From: Ostreococcus lucimarinus
Lineage: Eukaryota
Length of the DNA stretch: 64,000 nt
Direction: 5' to 3' (one strand)
Assembly: GCA_000092065.1 (NCBI GenBank)
Contig: CP000585.1
The notes under the pieces are model-generated. The model was given only the letters and a program-made list of their open reading frames with translations, searched no databases and was not told the DNA's origin. Numbering within the stretch: the first letter of the stretch is position 1; each line of letters opens with the position of its first letter. The position numbers were made by a program, and so were the translations under genes. Below, piece by piece: positions 29,640-39,918 of the stretch.

Positions 29640-31988
29640 TCAGAGCTCGGACTTTTTGCTCTTCTTCTTCTTTCTTCTGCGTTTTTTCGCCTTCTTGGCA
29701 GCCTCTTCTTTGAGCTTCGCCTCCTCCGCTAAGATGGCGTCGAGGCGCGCCTGCGTCTCGAGTTCCTCCTGCGCTCTCTGGGCGAGGTCCTCACGTGACA
29801 GCGCGGCCTCGCCTTCGACTTCCTCGCTCATAATATCGCTCAAATCGAATTCTTCCTCGACGATTTCTTCCTCGACGATTTCCTCCACCGTCTCTCCACC
29901 TTCGACCAGCTTCGGCATCTCTTGAAACCTCCACGTCTTCACCTTGCCGCCGAGAATGTCTGTACAAAAGTCTCGAACTGCAATCTCGTCGAAAGCGCCC
30001 TTGTGCGTGGCGTAACGCGACGTGCGCATCGCCAGTACAGTCACAGTGGGATAATCCACTGGATTGTTCACGTCGAAGACGCTCGAGAATGTGCGCTGCT
30101 TGGTCGGATCGACGATGGCGAAATGATACGGCTTGCCGTACAGCGCCTTGGCGACGGCGTGGATAATCTTCTTGTGCTCCGCGTTGTCGTCTTTGATGAA
30201 CGCCACGACGCACAAACCACCTTTTGCCGCGCATTGTTCGTCGAGCGCCGCCGATGTATCCACGGTCATCGGCATCGAGACCAGTGCGTCCTTGTCGACG
30301 CCGATGACGTGGTCTCGAATCTGCTGCAACCACGAGTTGACGATGGGCGTCATCAACTGTTCGACGGGGTACTTTTGAACCGACATGCGCATGCCACCCT
30401 CTTCGTCGGAGTTTTTATCGGCTTCGCGATATACCACGACGAGCGCGGGTCGAGTCTTGATCTGGAACTGCTCCGTCAACGCCTCGCTGGTGTCCGACGT
30501 AACGCCGTAGATGAAATCTTTCTGCACCGCAGACATCAGGTGAAGCACCTTTCGAGACGTCTCATCGCTCTCATCGGCGAACAGCAATACTTTGGGCGCC
30601 ATGGACGCGACGCCAAACAACGCGCTGTCGATGTTCTTAGCCGTGACAGGAATGGTGGTGTCGACGACGTTGTCGAGAAAGAATCGCCCGACGGCGTCGG
30701 GAGCAAAGCCTTCAATAGTCGCGACCGATGGCTTGAAAACGATCGGATCGCGATCGTCGTCTTCGTCATCGGTCGATGGGAACATGACCAATTCCGCACA
30801 CTTATCTTTGGACTTGAACAATCCGAATTTCGTCACCAAAGCCCGTGCGGCTTCGTCGTCGTCTCGCGCGATGACTTCTCGGAAATCAAAGACGCCTTCG
30901 TACTCGTGGAAACTTTTGGGTAAGGCGTCGACGAGTTCGACGCACTCGTCGCTAGCCTTCGTGAACGCGACCACCTGAATACGCTTGTGATTCGACAGCA
31001 CGTCGGTTTCGAAATCTTTCGCGAGCGCAGGCTTGAAAAGAGACGTCGAAAAGTCTTGTTTTTGCCCATCCTTTTTCGGCGTCGCGTCGATGGTTTCCAT
31101 CTTCAACTCCACCTCCGGTCCGGCGTGCTCGGTCAAGAACTCCAAAACCACTTCGCGCTTCATCGACGCGCTCTCAAAGGGAATCGGCGTCGCAGAAACG
31201 TCGGTCGGGTACACGACGAGTCGCGCGTCCTCGGGAGCGCCGGGCAACTGCGGCGCGACGTCGCCCTCGTACACCGCCTCGATGAAGCGCACGCGACCCT
31301 CGAGAGCGTGAGAGATGGATTTCAACAACGCCGACGTCGACGGTTTGTTCGTCAATAAAACAGCGATCGGCAGCGTGACGTCGCCACCGAAAGCCGCGCG
31401 AATCGACGCCGCGCTCGCGAAGCGCTCGGCGTCCTCCGTCGCGCTCGCGCGATTCACCAAGTGCGTCGGCAAAGCGTTTTCCGCGAACGCCGCGAACGCC
31501 TTCGCCCGCACGTCCCCAACCTGACCGTCTTCTCGCGAAATCGGATAATTCACCGGCATTTTCGCCGACCGCCGCGCGTCGTACGGATTCAACGTCGCGA
31601 ACGTCGGGTACGCGCTCACCGCGGGAATCGTCGTCAACCGCGTCAGCCTCCCCAACCGCTCGAGATCGACCCCCTCCCTCGTCACGTCCAGGCTCCCGAA
31701 ATTCACCCTCAATTTCTCCCCCGCCCCCCTCGCCGCCTTCTCGAACTCGCGCGACACCTCCCCGCAGATCGCGCACTTCTCCGAGCTCCCCGTGAACGAC
31801 ACCACCCACGGCTCGCGCGAGCGCGTCGCCAGCGTCTCGAACGCGTCCACGTCCAGCGTCACCACCGCGCCCTCGCCGCGCGCGCCGCGCGCCCTCGCCA
31901 TCGCGAGCATCGTCACCACCGCCCCGAGCGCGCCTCGCGCGCCGCGCGCGCGTCCTCGCGTCGTTCGCTCGCGAGAACGCGCGAACAT
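29640..31988 (-). CDS. PDI-family thioredoxin-domain ER protein (one CxxC active site, further Trx-like domains; basic tail ending KSEL)
   Basis: Signal peptide, then WVVSFTGSSEKCAICGEV (thioredoxin-like CAIC). Multiple Trx-like repeats. K/R-rich C-terminus ...KKKKSKKSEL. ATG placed at 31988 (MFARSRE); ORF-track start 32267 reads through the (CGTT)n 5' region. Confidence 0.5.
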   Translation of the reverse strand: MFARSRERTTRGRARGARGALGAVVTMLAMARARGARGEGAVVTLDVDAFETLATRSREPWVVSFTGSSEKCAICGEVSREFEKAARGAGEKLRVNFGSLDVTREGVDLERLGRLTRLTTIPAVSAYPTFATLNPYDARRSAKMPVNYPISREDGQVGDVRAKAFAAFAENALPTHLVNRASATEDAERFASAASIRAAFGGDVTLPIAVLLTNKPSTSALLKSISHALEGRVRFIEAVYEGDVAPQLPGAPEDARLVVYPTDVSATPIPFESASMKREVVLEFLTEHAGPEVELKMETIDATPKKDGQKQDFSTSLFKPALAKDFETDVLSNHKRIQVVAFTKASDECVELVDALPKSFHEYEGVFDFREVIARDDDEAARALVTKFGLFKSKDKCAELVMFPSTDDEDDDRDPIVFKPSVATIEGFAPDAVGRFFLDNVVDTTIPVTAKNIDSALFGVASMAPKVLLFADESDETSRKVLHLMSAVQKDFIYGVTSDTSEALTEQFQIKTRPALVVVYREADKNSDEEGGMRMSVQKYPVEQLMTPIVNSWLQQIRDHVIGVDKDALVSMPMTVDTSAALDEQCAAKGGLCVVAFIKDDNAEHKKIIHAVAKALYGKPYHFAIVDPTKQRTFSSVFDVNNPVDYPTVTVLAMRTSRYATHKGAFDEIAVRDFCTDILGGKVKTWRFQEMPKLVEGGETVEEIVEEEIVEEEFDLSDIMSEEVEGEAALSREDLAQRAQEELETQARLDAILAEEAKLKEEAAKKAKKRRRKKKKSKKSEL

Positions 31989-32037
31989 CTTTTTCCGAAT
32001 CCAATCAATCGAATGGAATGGAATCGAATCGTTCGTT

Positions 32038-32072
32038 CGTTCGTTCGTTCGTTCGTTCGTTCGCGCGTTCGC
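32038..32072. repeat. (CGTT)n tetranucleotide microsatellite, about 8 units, in the 5' region of the PDI-like gene
   Basis: cgttcgttcgttcgttcgttcgttcgttcgttcg. Confidence 0.9.
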
Positions 32073-32507
32073 GCTTCCCGCGTCGTGAATCTCCCGCGAC
32101 GCACCGTCGCCGTTCGCCGTCGCCGTTCGCCGCGCCGCGCGAAGCCGCGAATGCCGCGCGCGCGCGCCCATCCATCCATCGCGCCATCGTGCGCGCGCGC
32201 GTCGAGCGAGGTGCGCACACCGAGACGGGATTTCATGATTCAGACCTGTCGCACGGTTCGGAAGCACGCACAGCCATAAAAGTCACTCGAATACGTATTA
32301 AACATCGATAAAAGTCACCGCGACGCGCCGCGCGCGATCCGATCGCGCGCGCGCGATCTCCGTCCATCGCGGCGATGGATATACGTATCGATAGATGGCG
32401 TTAAAACGGACTCGAATGCGGGAACCGGTTAACGATAAACACCCCGCACGTCGCGATCGACGCCGCGTTCGTCGCCGTGGATCGCGCGCGCGGCACACCC
32501 GACCACG

Positions 32508-33458
32508 ATGCACGCCGCGCTCACGCAATCGACGACCCTCGCCGCGACCGCGGTCGCCGCGACGCGCGCGACGACGTCGAAGACGACGCGCCGATCGTTG
32601 GTGATCATGAATAACTCCTCGGGGCCGAAGCGGGTGCGCGACGCGACGCGACGACGGGAGACGCGACGGGAGACGCGCGAACGACGCGCGCGCGGATCGA
32701 TCGATCGATCGATCGCGGGCGAGCGATCGATCGCGACGGGCGACGCGAGAAGCGCGCGAACGGAGGCGTGAGGGGGGAGAGCGGACGATGGGAAATTCGG
32801 CGATCGGTCGCGCGGGAGACTGGGCGCGGGCGGGACTCGGGGAAACGGCGAGGGGGGGGCGATCGCGACGCGCGGGGTTGGGGCGCGAACGAGGGCGCGC
32901 GAGGGGACGCGGGGAGACGGGGGGCGTGGAGCGACGACTGACGACGAGGCGCGCGCGCGCGTGATGTGTAGGGCACGAAGTCTGCGCCGGCGCAACGCGC
33001 GGTCGGCTACAAGGGCTCCACCGATGCCGGATCGGCGCCGAAGACGTGCGTGATGCGATGCGATGCGACGCGAGCGTATCTGGACGTTATCTCGCGCGCG
33101 ATATGGCGGGAAGACGCGCGGCTGGGGGTGTGGCGACGATTGCGGGGCGCGCGAAGGCGAAAAAAATGGAAGAGGACGTAAAGATTAAGGCGCGCGCGCG
33201 CGATGGGTTGAGAGACTGACGACGACGACGACGACGACGCGTGACGCGCGCAGGCGAAGCGGCAAGGCTGGCTACGTCTACAAGCTCGGCTTGCGCAACG
33301 GCAAGGCGAACGTCGACGAGTACTCCCCGATCTGGGTGCCGCAAGACTTCAAGTCCGATGGTGATAAGTACGAAGGTAACTTGGTGTACTGGGCGGCGAC
33401 TTTGGCCGGTATCATCGGTACGGGCGCGCTCGCGATTTACCTCACCTCTGCGCTCTAA
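32508..33458 (+). CDS. psbR: photosystem II 10-kDa protein PsbR; exons 32508..32633, 32972..33045, 33254..33458
   Basis: Exon 3 encodes SGKAGYVYKLGLRNGKANVDEYSPIWVPQDFKSDGDKYEGNLVYWAATLAGIIGTGALAIYLTSAL, matching the PsbR C-terminus (...GYGVYKF..GANVDGYSPIY...LLVYNTSAL). Exon 2 (GTKSAPAQRAVGYKGSTDAGSAPKT) and exon 1 (transit peptide MHAALTQSTTLAATAVAATRATTSK...) are inferred from GTGCG donors, GACTGAC branch points, AG acceptors and phase consistency. Confidence 0.55.
32634..32971 (+). other. psbR intron 1 (338 nt) containing a (GATC)5 microsatellite
   Basis: GTGCGCGACGCGACG donor, CGACGACTGACGACGAG branch point, TGTAG acceptor. (GATC)5 at 32695..32714. Confidence 0.45.
33046..33253 (+). other. 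psbR intron 2 (208 nt)
   Basis: GTGCGTGATG donor. GAGACTGAC(GAC)6 branch region. CGCAG acceptor. Phase 2 on both sides. Confidence 0.6.
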
Positions 33459-33869
33459 GCGCGAGGCGACTTCATCGCGGGAGCGAATCCAAGTGATGTT
33501 TCGAGCGACGCTCGGCGACGGCATTATTCGGCGTCGGACGTCGGCGAATCAAAACTTTCACCTCCCATTTAGAACTTTGGCGAAACGGACGATAGAAAGC
33601 GAACGACCGCAACGAACACAACATGTAATCCCACACAACGCGTGGATCTTAACGCCTCTTTCGAAACGACTTTCGCCGCGACGGCACATCGCTCGAATTC
33701 GCGCGCGTTTGAGGAGACGACAGTGATTAACTAGTACTGTGTGTGTTCATTGACATCATCACGAAGTCGGAGTTGTGTGGTGTTATTGGCTTTCGGCGTT
33801 TTTTTGTTTGTTTTCTGGTGGGTGGGTATTTGGGATGTTTTTTTTGTTTTCGTATCGGCTCGAGTGCGC

Positions 33870-36449
33870 TCACTCCGAGCCTTGCTTGAGCTTGCTCGGA
33901 TCGATGGATCCGATCATTCCGCCCATACCGTCGCCTCCGAACTGCTTCATCGCGATGCGTTGTTCCTCGAGATCGATGGTTTGCTCTTGGTTTTCGAGCG
34001 CCTCTCGCGCCTTGGCGCGCGCCTCTTCTCGCGCCTTGGCCTCGGCTTGCTTTGCGGCTTCTTCGGCAACTTTTTTCGCCTCTTCAGCTGCTTTCTTTTC
34101 CGCTTCCAGTCGCTCGCGCTCGGCTTGCGCCTGCGCCTCGTCCTCTTTTCTGGATTCGTCGAGTTGTTGCTTTTGTTGAGCCGCGGCTTCGAACTCATTC
34201 CACAAGTCATCCGGAATGGCATCCTGCGTCGCCGCTTGCGCGCTCGCGTTCACTGGCGCGTCAGAACTCGCCAGATTTTCCCAACCTGACGGATTTTGGA
34301 CGTTCACCGCCGCCTTGGAGACGTTTTGTTTGATGCCCGGAGCCTCCTTGGCGAACTGGTTAGACGACTGGTCGACGGGCGCGGCGGCACCGGTGACGGC
34401 GGCGCGCTTCTCCGGATTACTGCCAGCACCTTCCGCGCTATCCATGCTCGAAGTGTCTGAATCCGAATCTCCGGAATCGGTGTCGGTATCGGAGTCGTCG
34501 TCGACCGGTTTCTTTTCTGGCTTTTGAGCCGACGGCCCGGCGCTGTTGAGATGAACGACGTCTTGGTAGCTTCCTCCGGTCTCTTGAACCTGCTGCAATG
34601 TTTGCTCGACAGCCGCAAGCTCGCGCGCGGCTTGCGCTTCACGCATTTTCGCCTCAAGAAGCTGCTCAGCGGCGTTGAGCTTACGCTTCTTCGGACGAAG
34701 CACGCCATTGACGTATTTGTGAAGTTTCCAGAGCGTGGCCGCGGGAAGCTCTTCGATGTTGATTTCGATCTCATCTTCCTCCCCTTGGCCCAAAGCTTGT
34801 TTCGCTTCACTAACAATTTGTACGACTCGATCCTGCTTGTCTTCGGGAAGTTCTCCAAGCAACATTGTGAGCTCAGACTTTTCATCAAAAGTCATATCGC
34901 GCGAGGGCGTCGGCGCCGGTCGCGGACGCGAGTAGCCTCCTTCGCTCCTGAATCCACGCTCTCGCTTGATTTCCTTTCGAATCCGGCCTTCCTCCTTGTA
35001 CTCCTTGTAAGTGTCTTCATCCATGCGCGCGTCATCGAAGTCGAAGTCGGGATCTTCATCTGGGTCTCTTTGTCTTTTGACCGCCCCGCGAGACCGAGAC
35101 TTTGGTCGCGGCATCGGTTCGTCGTCCCAATCATCTTCGTCGTCTTCCTTGTATATAACTTCTTGCTTGGCGCGCTTCAGTTCCTCAATCTCGCGTCTGA
35201 CCTTTTCGAGTTCCGCTCTAGCGTCTTCGAGGACAGCCACCTCAAGACTGATGGGCGTGGCGGGCGTGTTGCGAATTTCAATGTCCTCGTGCTCTCGAAT
35301 TTCGTTTTCGATTGAGACGTAGTCTTCGAGATCGCTATTCAACCACGCGGTTTCGAATAACTGGCGGACGGTTTCAGTCATGACGCCAGCATCTGACGCC
35401 GTGCCGTTGTACAGAAGGCCGTTGGAGAAGATTAAGCGCATGTCGGCGCAAAACTCAGCGGGGTTGAGATATGCCTTGGTGTCGAGCTTCGTCTTCACCG
35501 TGCCCATATCCATCGGGTTCTTGATGATGTCAAAGTAGTCTGGCACCCCATGCTTTTTCGGGTCGACCGGCACAAGGAAAATCTTGTGATACTTGTGCTT
35601 CTTCGACGCTATTAAAACTTCACGGCAACGTCTTATCATTTCCTTGCGTCGAGCGTCGCGCGCCTGCTCAACTTCGTACTCCTTTTGCAAACGCTGCGTC
35701 GTGACAGCGCGGCCATCCCTTAACTTCTTGACGCCCGCAAGATTTGCCGCGGAGCCCTTCTTCTTCGACCCGTAGGACGAGACGCCGTAACCATCGTACG
35801 GTTGCGTCGCCTTGATCGGTCGCGCCGACGCCGGACGCGGCGGAGGTAACCTGGCGAATTGTAACTGCTTCTTCGCCTCGATTTCCGCCACCTTGGTCTT
35901 GGCCTCCTCGATGGCCGCGAGACGCTTCGCCAACTCTTCCTTCTTACGACGCTTTTGCTCTTTGCGTTGCAGCTTCCGCAAAGCAAGCTCCTCTTCCGTA
36001 CACTCTTCGTCCGGTTTTTCTGGAAGCTTTGCCGAATCGTCGCCCGGCGCCGCAAACATCCCGCCGCCCTCGTCGTCGCCCGACGCGAACATCCCGTCAT
36101 CTACCTTGGCCGACGGTCTACGCACGCGTTTCTTACTCTCCAACCAATTCGAGTCAAACGCCGCGTAATCACCCGCCGGCATGTACGCGTACCCTTTCGG
36201 CGCCTTCATCGACTGATTCAGCGTCAACAAGATCTCCCCGCGGGCCGCCGACACCGCGTTCGCCGGCCACGTCGCCGCCGCCGCGTTCGCACCCGCGGCC
36301 GCCGCCGCCTCCGTGATCGCCCCATCCTCCGCGGGCGTATTCGGCGCGTCCGTCATCGCCCCATCTCCCGCCTCCGTCGCGCGCGCGTCTGGTTTTTCCC
36401 CATCCGCCGCCCCCGCTGGCGCCGTCGCCGCCGCCGCCACCGCCGTCAT
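33870..36449 (-). CDS. BET-family bromodomain protein (bromodomain plus ET/NET domain; GTE-like transcription factor)
   Basis: Bromodomain HKIFLVPVDPKKHGVPDYFDIIKNPMDMGTVKTKLD...YNGTASDAGVMTETVRQLFETAW. ET-like EEDEIEINIEELPAATLWKLHKYV. Coiled-coil and acidic C-terminus. ATG at 36449. Confidence 0.75.
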   Translation of the reverse strand: MTAVAAAATAPAGAADGEKPDARATEAGDGAMTDAPNTPAEDGAITEAAAAAGANAAAATWPANAVSAARGEILLTLNQSMKAPKGYAYMPAGDYAAFDSNWLESKKRVRRPSAKVDDGMFASGDDEGGGMFAAPGDDSAKLPEKPDEECTEEELALRKLQRKEQKRRKKEELAKRLAAIEEAKTKVAEIEAKKQLQFARLPPPRPASARPIKATQPYDGYGVSSYGSKKKGSAANLAGVKKLRDGRAVTTQRLQKEYEVEQARDARRKEMIRRCREVLIASKKHKYHKIFLVPVDPKKHGVPDYFDIIKNPMDMGTVKTKLDTKAYLNPAEFCADMRLIFSNGLLYNGTASDAGVMTETVRQLFETAWLNSDLEDYVSIENEIREHEDIEIRNTPATPISLEVAVLEDARAELEKVRREIEELKRAKQEVIYKEDDEDDWDDEPMPRPKSRSRGAVKRQRDPDEDPDFDFDDARMDEDTYKEYKEEGRIRKEIKRERGFRSEGGYSRPRPAPTPSRDMTFDEKSELTMLLGELPEDKQDRVVQIVSEAKQALGQGEEDEIEINIEELPAATLWKLHKYVNGVLRPKKRKLNAAEQLLEAKMREAQAARELAAVEQTLQQVQETGGSYQDVVHLNSAGPSAQKPEKKPVDDDSDTDTDSGDSDSDTSSMDSAEGAGSNPEKRAAVTGAAAPVDQSSNQFAKEAPGIKQNVSKAAVNVQNPSGWENLASSDAPVNASAQAATQDAIPDDLWNEFEAAAQQKQQLDESRKEDEAQAQAERERLEAEKKAAEEAKKVAEEAAKQAEAKAREEARAKAREALENQEQTIDLEEQRIAMKQFGGDGMGGMIGSIDPSKLKQGSE

Positions 36450-37266
36450 CGCCTCGGAATCCGCAAGATCTGATCAAACAGTCACGACTTCGCCAACTTC
36501 TCCTACGCGTTCGATCGCACAACGTCGCGCCGTCAGTATTCGTTCGTTCCGCGGAAAATTCCACCGCCGCTTCGCCCTCGCGCGCGCCCCGCGTCGCGTT
36601 TCCCGCGCGATGAATGTTTCAGAAATTCAACCCTCGGAATCGCATTCGCGCGCCCCGCGCCCTCGCGCGCGCGTCCCGCGCCCGCCGACGCGTCGCGCGC
36701 GCCGGATCGCGCGATTTCGGATCGCGCGCGTCCGCGTCGCGCGCCCGCGACGCGCGCGCGCGGCGTAAACCGCGACGAATCGTCGACGATAATTCTTTGA
36801 GAGAATGACGTCGGCGCGACGATCTCGACGCCGTGTCGCCGCGCGCGCGCGCCGTCGCGCGTTGCGGACGTCGCGCGCGCGACGCGCTCTTCGCGTTTCG
36901 CGCGCGCGCTTCGCGCGGCGATCGAACGGCGCACCTTTGGACGGAGAGGAGGGGAAAAGAAGTGGCGCGAGGCGGCGGAGGGCGCCGCATCTGGACGAGC
37001 TCGCGAGCGACGGGCTCGACGCGACTCGACGCGCGATCCAGGTCGCGCCAGAGCGCGCGCGCGAAGTCCTGAGCGTAAAATACAATACAACGACGCGAGA
37101 AGCGTCGATGAGCGACGAGACGCGACGCGAACGCGCCGCGCGCGTCGATGGACGAGACGCTATCGAGCGGCGCCGAAGCGCGCCGCGAAGGAGCCGAGGC
37201 GGCGGTTCGGCCGAGGCGACGAAACCGCGCGTCCGAACGAACGATCGGCGACGCGGCGCATCGTCA

Positions 37267-37797
37267 TTACCGATGTCTCGTCTCGAGATACGCCAACGCT
37301 TCGTTCGCTTTCGCGCTCCACGGTTCGCCCGCGGCGTCGAAGCACTCGACGAGTTCCCACACCGCGGCGTCGGGAACGGGACCGGCGCGAAGCGCGTCCG
37401 CGAACGCCCGTTCGGCCAACGCGGGAAGGACGCCTCGGCAGTACATGGACACGAGCGCCAGGTGGGCGTCGAGCGGCACGGCCTCGATCGTGAGCGCGCT
37501 GACGATTTCCTTCTTTAACTCTTGCGCTCGGCGCGTCTCGTCTCGCGCGCACGCGCCTATCAACGCGTCCACGCGCGGTTTGGCGCGAAGCGCCAGGTCG
37601 CGCGCGCGCAGCGCCTCGAGCCGCGCGCGTTTTTCTTCCTCGCTCAGGCGCCGCGAAGGCCCGTCGGTGGGGCGTCGAACGACGCGTCGGCGCGGCGCGG
37701 ACGCGTCGGCGGCGTCGTCGCGCGTCGCCGCGCGCGATTGACGCGCCGCGCGCGCCGCGACGGGCGCCGCGCGCGGCGCCGCGCGCGGCGTCGCCAT
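37267..37797 (-). CDS. hypothetical helical protein (176 aa)
   Basis: ATG at 37797. N-terminal R/A-rich leader, then helical LSEEEKRARLEALRARDLALR...AVWELVECFDAAGEPW. No family recognised. Confidence 0.4.
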   Translation of the reverse strand: MATPRAAPRAAPVAARAARQSRAATRDDAADASAPRRRVVRRPTDGPSRRLSEEEKRARLEALRARDLALRAKPRVDALIGACARDETRRAQELKKEIVSALTIEAVPLDAHLALVSMYCRGVLPALAERAFADALRAGPVPDAAVWELVECFDAAGEPWSAKANEALAYLETRHR

Positions 37798-37801
37798 CGC
37801 G

Positions 37802-37848
37802 GCGACGCGACGCGACGCGACGCGACGCGACGCGACGCGGTGTGTCGA
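37802..37848. repeat. (GCGAC)n pentanucleotide microsatellite, about 9 units
   Basis: gcgacgcgacgcgacgcgacgcgacgcgacgcgacgcg, lying between two minus-strand genes. Confidence 0.9.
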
Positions 37849-37872
37849 ACGCGACGATTGGGCGTGGGGCGC

Positions 37873-39666
37873 TTACAGCTCGCGTTCGTCGAAACGCGCG
37901 GGATCTAAATCGTACAACTTCCGTTGCTTGGCGTCGCTCAGGGTGGCGTACGCGCGTTGCACGGATTTAAACGTCGCTTCAGCCTTGGCGGCGTCCTCGG
38001 GAGAGGCGCGGGTCCATTTGTCGGGATGCCACACGGCGGCGAGCTTGCGATACGCGGATTTCACGGCGCGGACGTCGGCGCCGGGCTTGACGCCGAGAAT
38101 GTCGTAGAACTTGCCCCGGCGTCGCGCGTTGCCGTCTTCGACGGTGTAATCTCTTGATTCAGGGTCGTCGGCGTCGGCGCTCGAGCCGCGAAGCGCGCGA
38201 GCGGCGGCGCGACGAACGGCGTCGTCGACGCCCGGATGCGTCGGCGCGATTGTTTGCGCCGCGCGCAAATCAGTAAACGCGCCTTGGTGATCGCCGCGCG
38301 CCGTGCGTATCGCTGCGCGTAACGCATACGCCTCGTAATCGTTACCATTGAGTGATAAACACTCCGCCAGGTCTTGCGTCGCTGTGGCGAGGTCTGCGCA
38401 CGCGTCAGGATCGTCGACGGCGGCGTACTCGTGCCGCTTGAATTGACACTCGGCGCGAACGCGTAAGATTCTACCACGGAATCTCGTCGTCATCTCGCCT
38501 TCGGGCGTTTGCAACAGTTTACTCAGTAGACGGATCGCGTTCGAATGCTGTTCGTCCTCGACGTCGCGCTCAGCACGCTTGATCAAATCTTGGAGATGCA
38601 GTAAACGCGCGCCGAGCTCGATGCATTTTTTGCTCGCAAATTCGTCGTACGAGTCTCGAAAGGATGCGCTTGATATCTCCGCCAGCGCGCCGTCGACGTC
38701 GCCCATGCGCCACCGTGTCTCGGCAACGATGTATTTGCGATCGAGCGAGTCTTCAAGTAAGGTTTCACACTGTTTGATCGCCGCCTCATATCTCTGACAG
38801 CACACGAGCGCCTCTGCGACGTTGGCTCGGGCGCCTTCCAAACTCGGATTCGCGCGTAAAAGAGCCTCCGCGCTCAGGAGCGCTTCTGCCGCGGTTTCTC
38901 GATCCACGTCGTGTCTCGGTAAAGCCGTTCGAGCGCCACGTTTCGCCGCATCACGCTGTCGCTCGACCTCAGCTTTCGCCGCCGCCGCCGCGCGCTCGGC
39001 TTCTAGTCTCCCTCGCGAAGCGCTCTCGTCCTCTGGATCGATCTCCAGCACCGCCTCAAACAGCTCCAGCGCTTTTTCTGGGCACCTCAACTTCAATTGC
39101 GCCGAAGCACCGCGCAAAAGCGCCTTGACGTAGCGTGAATCGCGTTCTATCGCGCACGCCGCGTCCTCCGCAGCCGCTCGAAACCGCTCCAATTTGAGCG
39201 CCGCCGCGGAACGGTTCGCGTGATACACCGCCTTCCGCGGCTCGAGCCTGATCGCCTCCGTGAACTCATCGAACGCATTCTCGTACTCTTTCTTCTTCAT
39301 CCGCGCCATCCCTCGATCGTTCGCCTCCTCCGCTCGCGTCTCGTCGTACTCCCCGTCGCGCCACCAAGGCGCCGTCGTCCCGTCCTCCCGTTGTTTCGCA
39401 TCCATCTCCGCCAACTCGCGCGTCAAGCCTCCCATGCGATTCAATATCTCGACGAACCTCGGTTCGCCCTCGAGTCCCGCGCACCGCACGCGCCATCGAA
39501 ACTCACGAAACCGTTCCGCGCGCCACATCTCCCCCGCCTTGCGCTCATCCGTCACGAGCTCCACCTCCGCGCACGTCCCGATTCGCGCCGTCTCGCCGTC
39601 TTTCTCGGGACGCCGCGCCGCGTCTCCGTCCCTCGTCGCCGCGTCGCGCGCGCGCGCGCGCACCAT
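37873..39666 (-). CDS. DNAJC7/TPR2-like co-chaperone (TPR repeats plus C-terminal J domain)
   Basis: TPR repeats (EEANDRGMARMKKKEYENAFDEFTEAIRLEPRKAVYHANRSAAALKL...). C-terminal J domain with HPD (KFYDILGVKPGADVRAVKSAYRKLAAVWHPDKW...KQRKLYD). ORF-track start 39762 is TTG; first ATG is 39666. Confidence 0.7.
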   Translation of the reverse strand: MVRARARDAATRDGDAARRPEKDGETARIGTCAEVELVTDERKAGEMWRAERFREFRWRVRCAGLEGEPRFVEILNRMGGLTRELAEMDAKQREDGTTAPWWRDGEYDETRAEEANDRGMARMKKKEYENAFDEFTEAIRLEPRKAVYHANRSAAALKLERFRAAAEDAACAIERDSRYVKALLRGASAQLKLRCPEKALELFEAVLEIDPEDESASRGRLEAERAAAAAKAEVERQRDAAKRGARTALPRHDVDRETAAEALLSAEALLRANPSLEGARANVAEALVCCQRYEAAIKQCETLLEDSLDRKYIVAETRWRMGDVDGALAEISSASFRDSYDEFASKKCIELGARLLHLQDLIKRAERDVEDEQHSNAIRLLSKLLQTPEGEMTTRFRGRILRVRAECQFKRHEYAAVDDPDACADLATATQDLAECLSLNGNDYEAYALRAAIRTARGDHQGAFTDLRAAQTIAPTHPGVDDAVRRAAARALRGSSADADDPESRDYTVEDGNARRRGKFYDILGVKPGADVRAVKSAYRKLAAVWHPDKWTRASPEDAAKAEATFKSVQRAYATLSDAKQRKLYDLDPARFDEREL

Positions 39667-39918
39667 CGCGCGTCGCCGTGTCCGAGGCGCGCCGACGACC
39701 GCGTCGGAAACGCTCGCCGTTTTCGAGCGTTTTCGCGAAAAATAAAATCTCAAGATGCACAACCCTCGCGTATTGCGTCACTCTCGAGCCAGATCATAGA
39801 ATCAAGCGAAAAGTGAGGCTGGACGTCGTCGCCAGCGCGTGCGCTTTTTGTCCCGAGCGACGATCGACGCCGCACAGCGACGCGCTGGACGCGCACCGCG
39901 CGCGCGACGCCCGCGAGC

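Noticed and set aside
36450-37266. About 800 bp extremely GC-rich gap upstream of the bromodomain gene with R-rich ORFs (36805..37518+ and others). Also possible short 5'-UTR intron signals near 36480..36540 (TACTGAC, GTGCGATCG).
   Set aside because: No conserved protein is encoded. The intron-like motifs are out of canonical order or too closely spaced to call. Treated as promoter and UTR.
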